Assembly: GCA_965215005.1 (NCBI GenBank)
Contig: CBDCCZ010000039.1
Location: 42,572-106,571, forward strand
Source: Kofleriaceae bacterium
GTDB lineage: Bacteria > Myxococcota_A > Polyangia > Haliangiales > Haliangiaceae
Length of the DNA: 64,000 bases
Direction of reading: 5' to 3'
Shown: one piece after another, positions 44,965-56,261 of the stretch
Layout of the letters: each line of letters starts with the position of its first letter
Position numbering within the stretch: position 1 is the stretch's first letter
Notes under the pieces: generated by a model
The model's input: the letters and a program-made list of their open reading frames with translations, nothing else
Databases searched by the model: none
What the model was told of the DNA's origin: nothing
Translations under genes and position numbers: made by a program

Positions 44965-47181
44965 ATGAAGGTCGCATTCTTTGGCTCGAGCCTGGTCTCG
45001 GCATATTGGAACGGCGCAGCCACATACTATCGCGGAATCATACGAGCGCTGAACGAGCGCGGCTTTCGCACCACCTTCTATGAGCCCGACGCCTTCGACC
45101 GCCAGCAGCACCGTGATATCGATGCGCCATCGTGGGCGCGCAGCGTGGTGTACGAAGCGACCGAGGAAGGTGTGCATCGCGCCCTGCAAGACGCTCGCGA
45201 CGCCGACCTCGTCGTCAAGGCCAGCGGCGTGGGCGTGTTCGATGCGCTTCTCGAAGAAGCGGTGTTGGCGCTGCAAGGATCAAAGACGCTAGTCGCCTTT
45301 TGGGACGTCGACGCCCCGGCGACGCTCGGCCGCGTACGCAGCGACCCTCGCGACCCGTTTCGCGCCCTCGTGAGCCGCTACGACCTCATCCTCACCTACG
45401 GCGGGGGCCCGCCGGTCATCGCTGCCTATCGAGCGCTCGGCGCCAGAGACGTGGTGCCCATCTACAACGCGCTCGATCCCAGCACGCATCATCCCGTCGC
45501 TCCCAATCCAGACTTTGCTGGCTGCCTCGGCTTCCTCGGCAATCGGCTGCCCGATCGCGAAGCGCGGGTAGAGCAGTTCTTCCTCGCAGCGGCCGCGACG
45601 TTACCTGAGCAGCGCTTCCTTCTCGGCGGCAGCGGCTGGGCCGATAAGTCGATGCCGAGCAATGTCCACTACCTCGGTCACGTCTACACCGCGGACCACA
45701 ACGCGTTTAACTGCACGCCGCTCGCGGTGCTCAACATCAGCCGCGACAGCATGGCCAGCATGGGCTTCTCGCCAGCAACGCGTGTGTTCGAGGCCGCCGG
45801 CGCCGGCGCCTGTCTCATCACCGATGCATGGGAAGGAATCGAGCAGTTCCTCGAGCCGGATCGCGAGGTGCTGGTGGCGACTGGCGGCGCCGAGGTCGCC
45901 GCGCACCTCGATCGTCTCGACCCAGCCAGCGCTCGCGCGATTGGCCAACGCGCGCTCGCCCGAGTGCTTGCCGAGCACACGTACGCCCATCGCGCAAAGG
46001 ACGTGGAAGACGTACTCGGGGCCGGGCGCTGCCGTCCGACGCCGCTTCGGAGCGAGGTTACGAACGTGCATAACTCGCAGCGCGCTCTGGACATCGTGAT
46101 CCTCGGACTTTCGATCACCTCGTCGTGGGGCAACGGCCACGCCACCACCTATCGCGGCTTGGTTCGTGAGCTGGAAGCGCGCGGCCATCAGGTGCGATTT
46201 CTCGAGCGCGACGTGCCTTGGTACGCAGCGCATCGCGACCTGCCGCAGCCGCCCTATGGCAGCACGTCCCTGTACGGCAGTCTCGAAGAGCTGCGTGAGC
46301 GTTACGCCCAAGCTGTCGCCAGCGCCGATCTCGTCATCGTCGGCTCGTATGTGCCCGATGGCATCGAGGTTGGGCGCTGGGTCACCGCCACCGCCACCGG
46401 CGTCACCGCCTTCTACGACATCGACACGCCGGTCACGTTGGCGCGCCTGCAGGCAAGCGACTGCGCCTATCTCAACCGCGAGCTCATCGGCCGCTATCAC
46501 CTGTATCTGTCGTTCTCCGGCGGTCCCATCCTCGCGCGAATCGAAAGAGACTGGGGCTCGCCGGCGGCCAAGCCGCTCTATTGCTCGGTCGACCCCACGC
46601 TGTACTTCCCGCAAGAGCACGCCGTGCGGTGGGATCTCGGCTACATGGGCACCTACAGCGACGATCGCCAGCCGCCGCTCGAGGAGCTCCTCTGCGAGCC
46701 CGCGCGACGATGGCCCGACGGCCGTTTCATCGTCGCAGGGCCGCAATACCCAGAGAGCATCGCGTGGCCGGCGAACGTCGAGCGACGCGAGCACCTGCCG
46801 CCGGCGGAGCATCGCCAGTTTTACAATCAGCAGCGCTTTACCCTCAACATCACCCGCCGCGACATGATCGAAGCGGGCTACTCACCGAGTGTCCGGTTAT
46901 TCGAAGCGGCGGCCTGCGGCACCCCCATCATCAGCGACGCGTGGGACGGCTTGGGCTCGTTCTTCGAGCTCGACAGCGAGATCTTCGTGGCCAGAAATTC
47001 GGCTGAGGCGCTCGAGCTAGTTCGCTCTACGTCCGAGGCGGAACGCATCGCCATGGGTGAGCGGGCTCGACAGCGCGTGCTCTGCGAGCACACCGCCGCG
47101 CATCGCGCCAAGACCCTGGAAGACTACGCCGCCCAGATGCTGCAAACCCTCGGTACCCGCACCCGGAGCCACGCCTCATGA
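44965..47181 (+). CDS. Tandem CgeB-CgeB fusion (two complete CgeB-type modules in one frame)
   Basis: Module 1 SAYWNGAATYYRG...RVFEAAGAG...HTYAHRA; module 2 SSWGNGHATTYRG...RLFEAAACG...HTAAHRA; no stop between them. Confidence 0.85.
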   Translation: MKVAFFGSSLVSAYWNGAATYYRGIIRALNERGFRTTFYEPDAFDRQQHRDIDAPSWARSVVYEATEEGVHRALQDARDADLVVKASGVGVFDALLEEAVLALQGSKTLVAFWDVDAPATLGRVRSDPRDPFRALVSRYDLILTYGGGPPVIAAYRALGARDVVPIYNALDPSTHHPVAPNPDFAGCLGFLGNRLPDREARVEQFFLAAAATLPEQRFLLGGSGWADKSMPSNVHYLGHVYTADHNAFNCTPLAVLNISRDSMASMGFSPATRVFEAAGAGACLITDAWEGIEQFLEPDREVLVATGGAEVAAHLDRLDPASARAIGQRALARVLAEHTYAHRAKDVEDVLGAGRCRPTPLRSEVTNVHNSQRALDIVILGLSITSSWGNGHATTYRGLVRELEARGHQVRFLERDVPWYAAHRDLPQPPYGSTSLYGSLEELRERYAQAVASADLVIVGSYVPDGIEVGRWVTATATGVTAFYDIDTPVTLARLQASDCAYLNRELIGRYHLYLSFSGGPILARIERDWGSPAAKPLYCSVDPTLYFPQEHAVRWDLGYMGTYSDDRQPPLEELLCEPARRWPDGRFIVAGPQYPESIAWPANVERREHLPPAEHRQFYNQQRFTLNITRRDMIEAGYSPSVRLFEAAACGTPIISDAWDGLGSFFELDSEIFVARNSAEALELVRSTSEAERIAMGERARQRVLCEHTAAHRAKTLEDYAAQMLQTLGTRTRSHAS

Positions 47182-47891
47182 AATCCACCCCCGATACCGA
47201 CACGATTCGCCAGCGCATTGCGGAGCTCGGCCCTTGGTTTCACAACCTCGAGCTCGGCGGCATTCAAACCGCGCCGGAGCACTTTCTTGGCGACTATCCG
47301 CGCTTCAAGTGGCGCCGCTTTGCCCATGCGATTCCCACGGACCTCACTGGCAAGAGCGTCTTGGACATCGGTTGCAACGCCGGCTTCTACTCCTTGGAGA
47401 TGAAGCGGCGCGGCGCCGCGCGGGTGGTCGGCATCGACAGCGACGAGCGATACCTCGAGCAGGCCCGCTTCGCGGCGCGGGTAGAGGGGCTCGAAATCGA
47501 GCTCCGCCAGCTCGACGTCTACGACGTAGGCGCGCTCAAAGAACGCTTCGATCTAGTGCTGTTCATGGGAGTTCTCTATCACTTGCGCCATCCGCTGCTC
47601 GCGCTCGACCGGCTCGCCGAAGTGGTCGACGACACGTTGGTCTTTCAAAGCATGCTGCGCGGCAGCACCGAGGTCCCGCCGGTCGCCAGCGACTACGACT
47701 TTTCGCAGTCTGAGCACTTCGAGGTCGAGGGATATCCGCGGATGGTCTTCGTCGAGCAACGCTACGCCGGCGATCCAACCAACTGGTGGATTCCCAACCG
47801 CGCCTGCGTCGAAGCAATGCTGCGCAGCGCCGGCTTCACCATCGTAGAGCGCGCCGAAGACGAGGTCTACGTGTGCCGCCGAAAGGACTAG
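47178..47891 (+). CDS. SAM-dependent methyltransferase, TIGR04290 (Rta_06860)-like
   Basis: LGPWFHN, TAP.HFLGDYP..KW, VLDIGCNAGFY, MGVLYHLRHPLLALD, DPTNWW.PN. Confidence 0.9.
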   Translation: MKSTPDTDTIRQRIAELGPWFHNLELGGIQTAPEHFLGDYPRFKWRRFAHAIPTDLTGKSVLDIGCNAGFYSLEMKRRGAARVVGIDSDERYLEQARFAARVEGLEIELRQLDVYDVGALKERFDLVLFMGVLYHLRHPLLALDRLAEVVDDTLVFQSMLRGSTEVPPVASDYDFSQSEHFEVEGYPRMVFVEQRYAGDPTNWWIPNRACVEAMLRSAGFTIVERAEDEVYVCRRKD

Positions 47892-47892
47892 G

Positions 47893-48888
47893 ATGCCTGC
47901 GTTTGGCCCTCTGGACATGAAAGACAAGCTCGGCGTCTGCCAATGGTTTCACTATGAAGCGTTCGAAGACGTCGAACGCGCCGTCGACGAGCTGCGGGCG
48001 CTGGGCGTTCGGCATCTTCGCACCGGCGTCTCATGGGCCGATTACCATCGCCCGCGCGGCCAAGCCTGGTACGACTGGCAGATGCGCATGCTCGAAGAGT
48101 TCGAGGTGCTGCTGTCGGTGTGGCATACGCCGCCGTCCATTGCCGAAGGCAGCCGTTGCGCTGGTCCTCCTCTGCGGCTCGATGACTACTCGGGGTTCAT
48201 CGCCCAGCTCACACGCCGGTACGGCCACCAGTTTGCCGACTTCGAGCTGTGGAACGAGCCCAACAACCGGCTCAAGTGGGACTTCATCCACTTTGATCCC
48301 GAGTGGATGAAGTTCGGCGAGATGATTCGTTTGGCGGCCAAGCAAGCCCGCTCGATGGACAAGCGCACGGTGCTCGGCGGCATGATCCCCGTGGATCATC
48401 ATTGGCTACAGCTCGTCGCCTCGCATGGCGCCCTCGAAGACATCGACGTGGTCGCGATCCATGGCTTCCCCGGCATGTGGTGGAGTCAATCGCCCAATTG
48501 GGACTGGTACTCGCACTGGCAAGGTTGGGAGCAGAAGCTCGCTTACATCGCGCCGCACGCGCAGGACCGCCCGATTTGGATCACCGAAACCGGGCTCGCA
48601 ACCTGGCACCTCGAGCGCGGCGTACGCGACTTCGAGGCCCAGCAGGTCGAGCGGCTCAAGGATGCAGCGCGGGCACCGACGGAGCGCGTTTACTGGTACA
48701 GCCTCATCGATCTCGATCCCGCACGAGAAGCGATCGAGGGTTTCCACGTCGATGAGAACGAATACCACTTGGGGCTGGTGCAGTACGACGGCACGCGTAA
48801 ACCGGCGTGGCGAGTGATGCGCGAGCTGCTAGCCGAGGAGCACGGTCGTCGAAGCGGCGTGCTAAAGGTAAGCGGCGCCGCCGGCTGA
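47893..48888 (+). CDS. Clan GH-A glycoside hydrolase-like protein (often annotated beta-xylosidase)
   Basis: ELWNEPNN acid/base motif and IWITETG nucleophile motif; no signal peptide. Start may be 47917. Confidence 0.75.
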   Translation: MPAFGPLDMKDKLGVCQWFHYEAFEDVERAVDELRALGVRHLRTGVSWADYHRPRGQAWYDWQMRMLEEFEVLLSVWHTPPSIAEGSRCAGPPLRLDDYSGFIAQLTRRYGHQFADFELWNEPNNRLKWDFIHFDPEWMKFGEMIRLAAKQARSMDKRTVLGGMIPVDHHWLQLVASHGALEDIDVVAIHGFPGMWWSQSPNWDWYSHWQGWEQKLAYIAPHAQDRPIWITETGLATWHLERGVRDFEAQQVERLKDAARAPTERVYWYSLIDLDPAREAIEGFHVDENEYHLGLVQYDGTRKPAWRVMRELLAEEHGRRSGVLKVSGAAG

Positions 48889-48922
48889 AGAGCGCTGGAG
48901 TAGGGGCTTGGGATGGCGCCCT

Positions 48923-49741
48923 CTACGACTGCCAGTCGGGCCCCCACTCGGGCCCCCAGTCGGGATCGATGAGTCGCTCGCCGCGCGCCAGGCCGTCGAT
49001 CTCGGCAAGCTCTTCTTCCGTTAGTGCGAAATCAAATATATCGAGATTAGACCGCAAATGCTCGCGACTCGAGGCCTTCGGCACAGCGGCCACTCCGCGC
49101 TGCAACAGCCAGCGCAAGGTCACCTGCGCGGCGGTCTTGCCCCGGCGCTTCGCCAGCAGCCCCAGCGTCTCGTCTTGCGACGCGCCGCCGCGTGCTAGCG
49201 GGCTGTAGGCGGTGATCATCACGCCGAGCTCGCGCGCGCAGTCGCGGAGCCGCCGCTGATCGAGATACGGATGATATTCGACTTGGTTGCACGCAATGGG
49301 CGCCCGCTTCACCGCTTCTGCGAGCAAGCCCGGCGGGAAGTTGCTAACGCCGATGACAGCTGCCTTGCCAGCTTCTCGAGCAGCGAGCAGCGGCTCGAGA
49401 GTCCGCGCCAGAGGCAGCGTCGGGCTCGGCCAGTGCATCAGCAGTAAGTCGACCCGCTGCACGCGAAGTCGCTCGAGGCTGGCATCGATGCAACCGGCAT
49501 CCTTGACCATGTCGTCGGGCCACACCTTGGTGGTGACGAAGATGTCTTCACGTGCGACTGCGCTCGCCTCGATGGCCCGGCCAACCTCCGCCTCGTTCTC
49601 ATACCCTTGCGCGGTGTCGAGGTGGCGATAGCCGAGCTCGAGAGCCATCGCGACTACCTGCTGGCAGTGCTCGCCCTGGAGCTGCCAGGTGCCCAGGCCC
49701 AGGGCCGGCATCTGGCGGTCATCGAGCGCGACGTAGTTCAT
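48923..49741 (-). CDS. Aldo/keto reductase (2,5-DKG reductase-like)
   Basis: LGLGTW, DTAQGYENE, TTKVW, HWP, IGVSNF, NQVEYHP, AYSPL, PKAS. Confidence 0.93.
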   Translation of the reverse strand: MNYVALDDRQMPALGLGTWQLQGEHCQQVVAMALELGYRHLDTAQGYENEAEVGRAIEASAVAREDIFVTTKVWPDDMVKDAGCIDASLERLRVQRVDLLLMHWPSPTLPLARTLEPLLAAREAGKAAVIGVSNFPPGLLAEAVKRAPIACNQVEYHPYLDQRRLRDCARELGVMITAYSPLARGGASQDETLGLLAKRRGKTAAQVTLRWLLQRGVAAVPKASSREHLRSNLDIFDFALTEEELAEIDGLARGERLIDPDWGPEWGPDWQS

Positions 49742-49743
49742 GG

Positions 49744-50028
49744 CTAGCTCGAGCTCTCGCGGCTCACCAACTTGTTGAATCGGCTCGTGCTGCCGTCGCT
49801 GGTCTCGTCTTGGTGCAGAAACGCCAGCTTCTGATCCTCGAATTTCTCGAAGAAATCCTCCCAGCTGATCGCCTCGAGCTTGTCGTCGTCGCCAACATCG
49901 GGAAACTCGATGCGCAACAGGCCCGCGTCGTTGTCACCGGTGCCCATGACGTGCGCCGGGCGGCCGTCGCGCTCCTCTACCCAACGGCGGATCGCATCGT
50001 GGTCGGTGGTCGTCTGTGCACTCGCCAT
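49744..50028 (-). CDS. Small acidic conserved hypothetical protein
   Basis: Strong AAGGAGG RBS; TTDH..IRRW.EER.G.PA.V...GLLRI.FP...I.W..FF.KF....LAF..Q motif recalled from a widespread small family of unknown function. Confidence 0.8.
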   Translation of the reverse strand: MASAQTTTDHDAIRRWVEERDGRPAHVMGTGDNDAGLLRIEFPDVGDDDKLEAISWEDFFEKFEDQKLAFLHQDETSDGSTSRFNKLVSRESSS

Positions 50029-50062
50029 AATTTCCTCCTTCTAAAGGTGAGCAGCGTGGGTT

Positions 50063-50078
50063 TGCAAAGGCCGCGCCT
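50063..50078 (-). promoter_or_regulatory. Putative sigma-54 promoter of the small protein/AKR pair
   Basis: Minus strand AGGCGC-GGCCT-TTGCA; 36 nt before the start, leaving room for the RBS. Confidence 0.45.
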
Positions 50079-50203
50079 GCCGCTCACGACGCGGGTCATC
50101 CGCGGCCAGCGCGGGTTGCGGCTCGATGAGCGCTGGCAGACAATGCCTCGCTCGAGCCCGAAAACAGTCGCGCCCCAGCGCGGCATTTAGTAGAGAGGCA
50201 CAC

Positions 50204-51391
<1,188 letters not shown>

Positions 51392-51396
51392 ATCCC

Positions 51397-52545
<1,149 letters not shown>

Positions 52546-52700
52546 ACCGTCGGCATGCGGCCTGCAAGCTGCTATGGTGGCCTCCTCATGACGATCGTGG
52601 TCTGCGCTCGCTGCTGGCTCGTCGACGATAAAGCGAGGGCGTGCTATCACGCCGCCGGCATGTTGAGCAGCTCCGCCTTCCCTCACCCTAGGACGCTCGC

Positions 52701-53687
52701 GTGATCGCCTGGGGTGGTTTCCTGCTCCTTGTGATGGCCCTGTTGGCGCTGGATTTGGGCGTGTTCCATCGCCGAGACCACGCTATCCATTTCAAGGAGG
52801 CGCTCGGCTGGAGTGCGTTCTGGATCTCCTTAGGAGTCTCCTTCACCGGGCTCGTCTACCTCGCTTACAACCATCAATGGTGGGGGCTGGGAGCAAGCTC
52901 TTCCGGCAGCGAAGCCGCGCTGGAGTACATCAGCGGCTACTTGATCGAGAAATCGCTCAGCGTCGACAACATCTTCGTCATGGCCATCGTGTTCGCGCAG
53001 TTTCAGGTGCCGAACAAGTATCAGCACCGGGTGCTGTTCTGGGGCATCTTGGGGGCGCTGATCTTTCGCGGCCTCATGATCGGCGTGGGCATCGCCGCGC
53101 TCAATCGCTTTGGCTGGATGACCTATGTCTTCGGCGGCTTGTTGGTGGCCACGGCGATCAAGATGTTCGTCGAGAAGAACCAACCTCCCGACCCGAAGAA
53201 CAGCCGGATGGTGCGCGTGGTTTCGCGGCTGCTGCCGATTTCTAGCGAGCTCGACGGCCACGCCTTCACCACTCGTCAAAATGGCCGTTTCAAATTCACG
53301 CGGCTCGCCCTGGTGCTGCTCATCATCGAAGTCACGGACGTGCTGTTCGCCTTCGACTCGATTCCGGCGGTGTTCGCCGTCACCCGCGATCCCTTCATCG
53401 TATTCACCTCCAACGTCTTCGCGATCTTGGGGTTGCGCTCGCTCTACTTCGCGCTCGCCGGGCTCATCGAGAAGTTCCGCTACCTCGAGCTGAGCCTGGT
53501 CTTCATCTTGTTGTTCGTGGGCGTGAAAATGATCCTCGAGCCGTTCATGCACATCTCCACGGCGATCTCCCTCGGGGTCATCGCTGGCATCCTCGCTGCT
53601 GCGTTGCTCGGCTCGATCATTGTCGTCAAGCGCGACAACCCCGAGGGCGCGCTCGAGCGCGACGAGCACGTTCCGCCTCTCGACTAG
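52701..53687 (+). CDS. TerC/Alx-family membrane protein
   Basis: GYLIEKSLSVDNIFV, QHRVLFWGILGA, DVLFAFDSIPA, TSNVFAILGLRSLYF; multiple TM helices. Confidence 0.95.
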   Translation: MIAWGGFLLLVMALLALDLGVFHRRDHAIHFKEALGWSAFWISLGVSFTGLVYLAYNHQWWGLGASSSGSEAALEYISGYLIEKSLSVDNIFVMAIVFAQFQVPNKYQHRVLFWGILGALIFRGLMIGVGIAALNRFGWMTYVFGGLLVATAIKMFVEKNQPPDPKNSRMVRVVSRLLPISSELDGHAFTTRQNGRFKFTRLALVLLIIEVTDVLFAFDSIPAVFAVTRDPFIVFTSNVFAILGLRSLYFALAGLIEKFRYLELSLVFILLFVGVKMILEPFMHISTAISLGVIAGILAAALLGSIIVVKRDNPEGALERDEHVPPLD

Positions 53688-53697
53688 CCGTTTGCGG

Positions 53698-53715
53698 GCG
53701 GAAGCTGACTTCCGC
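53698..53715. terminator. Small hairpin between convergent genes
   Basis: GCGGAAG-CTGA-CTTCCGC, 7-bp stem. Confidence 0.35.
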
Positions 53716-53743
53716 GGCATGCGCTCGGTGGCGGCGTACTTAG

Positions 53744-54121
53744 CTACAAGTCCTCGTCCTCGGGCCAGTCGCCCCCGTCGTCGCCCTCATCGTCATCGCC
53801 ATCGTCCTCGCGCCCGAGGTCGCCGTCCTCTCCACTCGCATCGTCGCTGTCCTCGCCGAGGTCTTCCGCTTCATCCTCGGCGTCTTCGGAGCTGTCATCG
53901 TCAGCATCATCGAACAGCTCGTCTTCAGACGGCGCTTCGTCGTCGAATGAGTCCTCTGCGTTCTCTGATTCTTCCGCGTCATCGCCGTCACCCATGTCGG
54001 GCATCTCGCCGCCGTCCTCGAGCCCACCGGCGGGCGCTGGCAGCGCAGGATGCTCGACCGGCACGTCACTGCCGCCGCACGCCGTCGCTCCCAGCAACAT
54101 CATTACGAGCCAGTGCTTCAT
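53744..54121 (-). CDS. Small, extremely acidic lipoprotein
   Basis: Signal MKHWLVMMLLGATA-C; mature tail roughly half Asp/Glu; AAGGA upstream. Confidence 0.75.
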   Translation of the reverse strand: MKHWLVMMLLGATACGGSDVPVEHPALPAPAGGLEDGGEMPDMGDGDDAEESENAEDSFDDEAPSEDELFDDADDDSSEDAEDEAEDLGEDSDDASGEDGDLGREDDGDDDEGDDGGDWPEDEDL

Positions 54122-54298
54122 GTGAGTAGTCCTTTGCAGGTCTTTCGCCGTGTAGGTGTTATGGCATGGGTCAAAGCTCCGCACGGGTCAAAAACACCCA
54201 CCCCAAAGCGATGGCGGCGCACGCGAGCCCGCGTCGATAGGCGGCTCGAGCCGCAGCCGCAATCGCCCGTGCCGCCGCGTTCCATTTCGGCCAAGCCG

Positions 54299-54314
54299 TG
54301 GCACTTCGGTTGCA
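54299..54314 (+). promoter_or_regulatory. Consensus sigma-54 promoter
   Basis: TGGCAC-TTCGG-TTGCA; -12 C is 15 nt before ATG 54328. Confidence 0.8.
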
Positions 54315-54327
54315 GTCGGCTGCGGCC

Positions 54328-54753
54328 ATGCCCGTCGATTCGGACCTGCGCGTCGCTATCGCCAGCGGCCCCGGTACCGGTCGGTTTCTCGCCGCCGCTC
54401 TCACCGATGCGCTGGGTGGTGCCGGCCTTGCGGCGATCATCGTGCCGGCGCGACCGCCTGCAGGCAGTCGTTGGGGCATCGAGTTCGTGTTCCACGGCGA
54501 AACCGACAGCGAAGAGGTCATTTGTGTCGGCCTCGATGCCTCCGGTACCGTCGTGACCGCTGAAATCCTGCGCCGTCCCAGCCGCCCGGTGCTGGGCTCC
54601 TCGCCGTCTCCGGCGGCTCTCACCGAAGCCTTGGCGGGCGGTGACGCGGTGTCGTCTATTCAGTGGTCGGAGGCGCCCGACGGCAGCTGCATGCCGATCT
54701 TGCACATCACGATGCGCTCGGATCAGTCGTTCATCGTCGACCTCGAGGCCTAG
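54328..54753 (+). CDS. Hypothetical protein
   Basis: 141-aa ORF directly after a consensus sigma-54 box. The ORF-track start at 54298 lies inside the promoter and is discarded. Confidence 0.6.
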   Translation: MPVDSDLRVAIASGPGTGRFLAAALTDALGGAGLAAIIVPARPPAGSRWGIEFVFHGETDSEEVICVGLDASGTVVTAEILRRPSRPVLGSSPSPAALTEALAGGDAVSSIQWSEAPDGSCMPILHITMRSDQSFIVDLEA

Positions 54754-54863
54754 TGGTTCACGGCAAAAGTCGTGAACCGCTTCTGCGTGTGAATCCCGCG
54801 GCCTGCACGCCGCTCGCGGCTGGGCCGATGCCGCCATCGCCGATTCGGCTACTATCGGCCCCG

Positions 54864-56249
54864 ATGCGCGGCAGAGTGATGGTTCTCGATGCCGGCGGGA
54901 TGGCTCGCCAGCGCGCGGTGCTCCTGAGAGATCGCGGCTTCGCCGTGCTCGTGCGCGAAGATCCCCATCAGGCAATCCTTGAGCTCACCGCCAACGGCAC
55001 ATCCGACGAATCGGAGGTCCTGCTGGTCGGGCTTCAGCTCGAGCAAGCCAGCGGCATCGAGCTGTGCCGACACCTCGCGGCCGTGCGGCCCGAGCTACGC
55101 GTCATCATCGTGGGGACCGAGCGCTCGTTCGAGCACGCGGTGGCGGCGATGCGCGCCGGCGCCTTCGACTTCTTCGCCGAGCCCGTTGCCGACGACGAGC
55201 TCGCGTCTGCTATCGACCGAGCGCTGCGCAACCGAGCGCTGCGCGCGCAGGTCAAGCATCTGCGGCTGGCCCTGGCCGAGGCTCGCGGCTTCGAAGAGCT
55301 CATCGGCGGCAGCGCCTTGATGCAGGAGCTCTACGATCTCATGGAGCGCGCTGCGGCCAGCAACGCTTCGGTGCTCATCACTGGCGAGAGCGGCACCGGC
55401 AAAGAGTTGGTTGCCCGCGCCTTGCACCGCAAGAGCATCCGCCGCGAAGGCCCGTTCGTCGCCGTCAATTGCTCCGCCATTCCCGAGCCGCTCCTCGAGA
55501 GCGAGCTCTTTGGCCACGTCAAAGGTGCCTTCACCGACGCCAAAGTGGCTCGCGCGGGCTTATTCGTGAAGGCTAGCGGTGGCACGCTGTTTCTCGACGA
55601 GATCGGCGATATGCCCATTGCGCTGCAACCCAAGCTACTGCGCGCGCTGCAAGAGCGGCGCGTTCGTCCGGTCGGAGGCGATCTCGAGAGCCCGTTCGAC
55701 GTCCGCGTCATCGCCGCGACCAACGTCAATCTCGAGACTGCGGTGACCGAGAGAACGTTTCGCGAGGATCTCTACTACCGCATCAACGTGATTCACGTGA
55801 ACGTGCCGCCGCTGCGCGAGCGCGCCAGCGATGTTTTACTACTCGCGCAGCACTTCATCGAGCACTACGCCTTGGCCACCGACAAGAGCGTGGTCGCGCT
55901 CTCCGCCGAGACCGCCGAGAAGCTGTTGGCGTACACCTGGCCGGGAAACATCCGCGAGCTGCAAAATTGCCTTGAGCGCGCGGTGGCTCTCACCCGCGAG
56001 CACCAGATCCAAGTGGTCGACCTCCCCGACAAGGTTCGCAACTTTCGCCGCTCGCACGCGGCGATCCTGCAAAGTGAACCGGCCGAGCTGGTGCCCATGG
56101 AAGAGATCGAGCGCCGCTACATCGCGCGCGTGTTGCAAGCGGTCAACGGCAACAAGAAGGAAGCAGCGCGCGTGCTCGGGCTCGATCGCAAGACTCTCTA
56201 TCGGCGCCTCGATCGCTATGGGCTCGCAACCAGCAGAGACGCGAAGTAA
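54864..56249 (+). CDS. Sigma-54-dependent activator (NtrC/AtoC family) with degenerate receiver domain
   Basis: GESGTGKE, ESELFGHVKGAFTDA, LFLDEIG, LQPKLLR, FREDLYYR, WPGNIREL, Fis HTH. Exact start uncertain. Confidence 0.93.
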   Translation: MRGRVMVLDAGGMARQRAVLLRDRGFAVLVREDPHQAILELTANGTSDESEVLLVGLQLEQASGIELCRHLAAVRPELRVIIVGTERSFEHAVAAMRAGAFDFFAEPVADDELASAIDRALRNRALRAQVKHLRLALAEARGFEELIGGSALMQELYDLMERAAASNASVLITGESGTGKELVARALHRKSIRREGPFVAVNCSAIPEPLLESELFGHVKGAFTDAKVARAGLFVKASGGTLFLDEIGDMPIALQPKLLRALQERRVRPVGGDLESPFDVRVIAATNVNLETAVTERTFREDLYYRINVIHVNVPPLRERASDVLLLAQHFIEHYALATDKSVVALSAETAEKLLAYTWPGNIRELQNCLERAVALTREHQIQVVDLPDKVRNFRRSHAAILQSEPAELVPMEEIERRYIARVLQAVNGNKKEAARVLGLDRKTLYRRLDRYGLATSRDAK

Positions 56250-56261
56250 GACGGCGCGTGC

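Noticed and set aside
52546..52700. yybP-ykoY manganese riboswitch ahead of TerC
   Set aside because: The expected GGGGAGTA-type core was not found by eye; an Infernal scan would settle it.
55526..55545. GAFTDA in place of GAFTGA as a sign of an inactive activator
   Set aside because: GAFTDA is a common natural variant in NtrC-family proteins and the other AAA+ motifs are intact.
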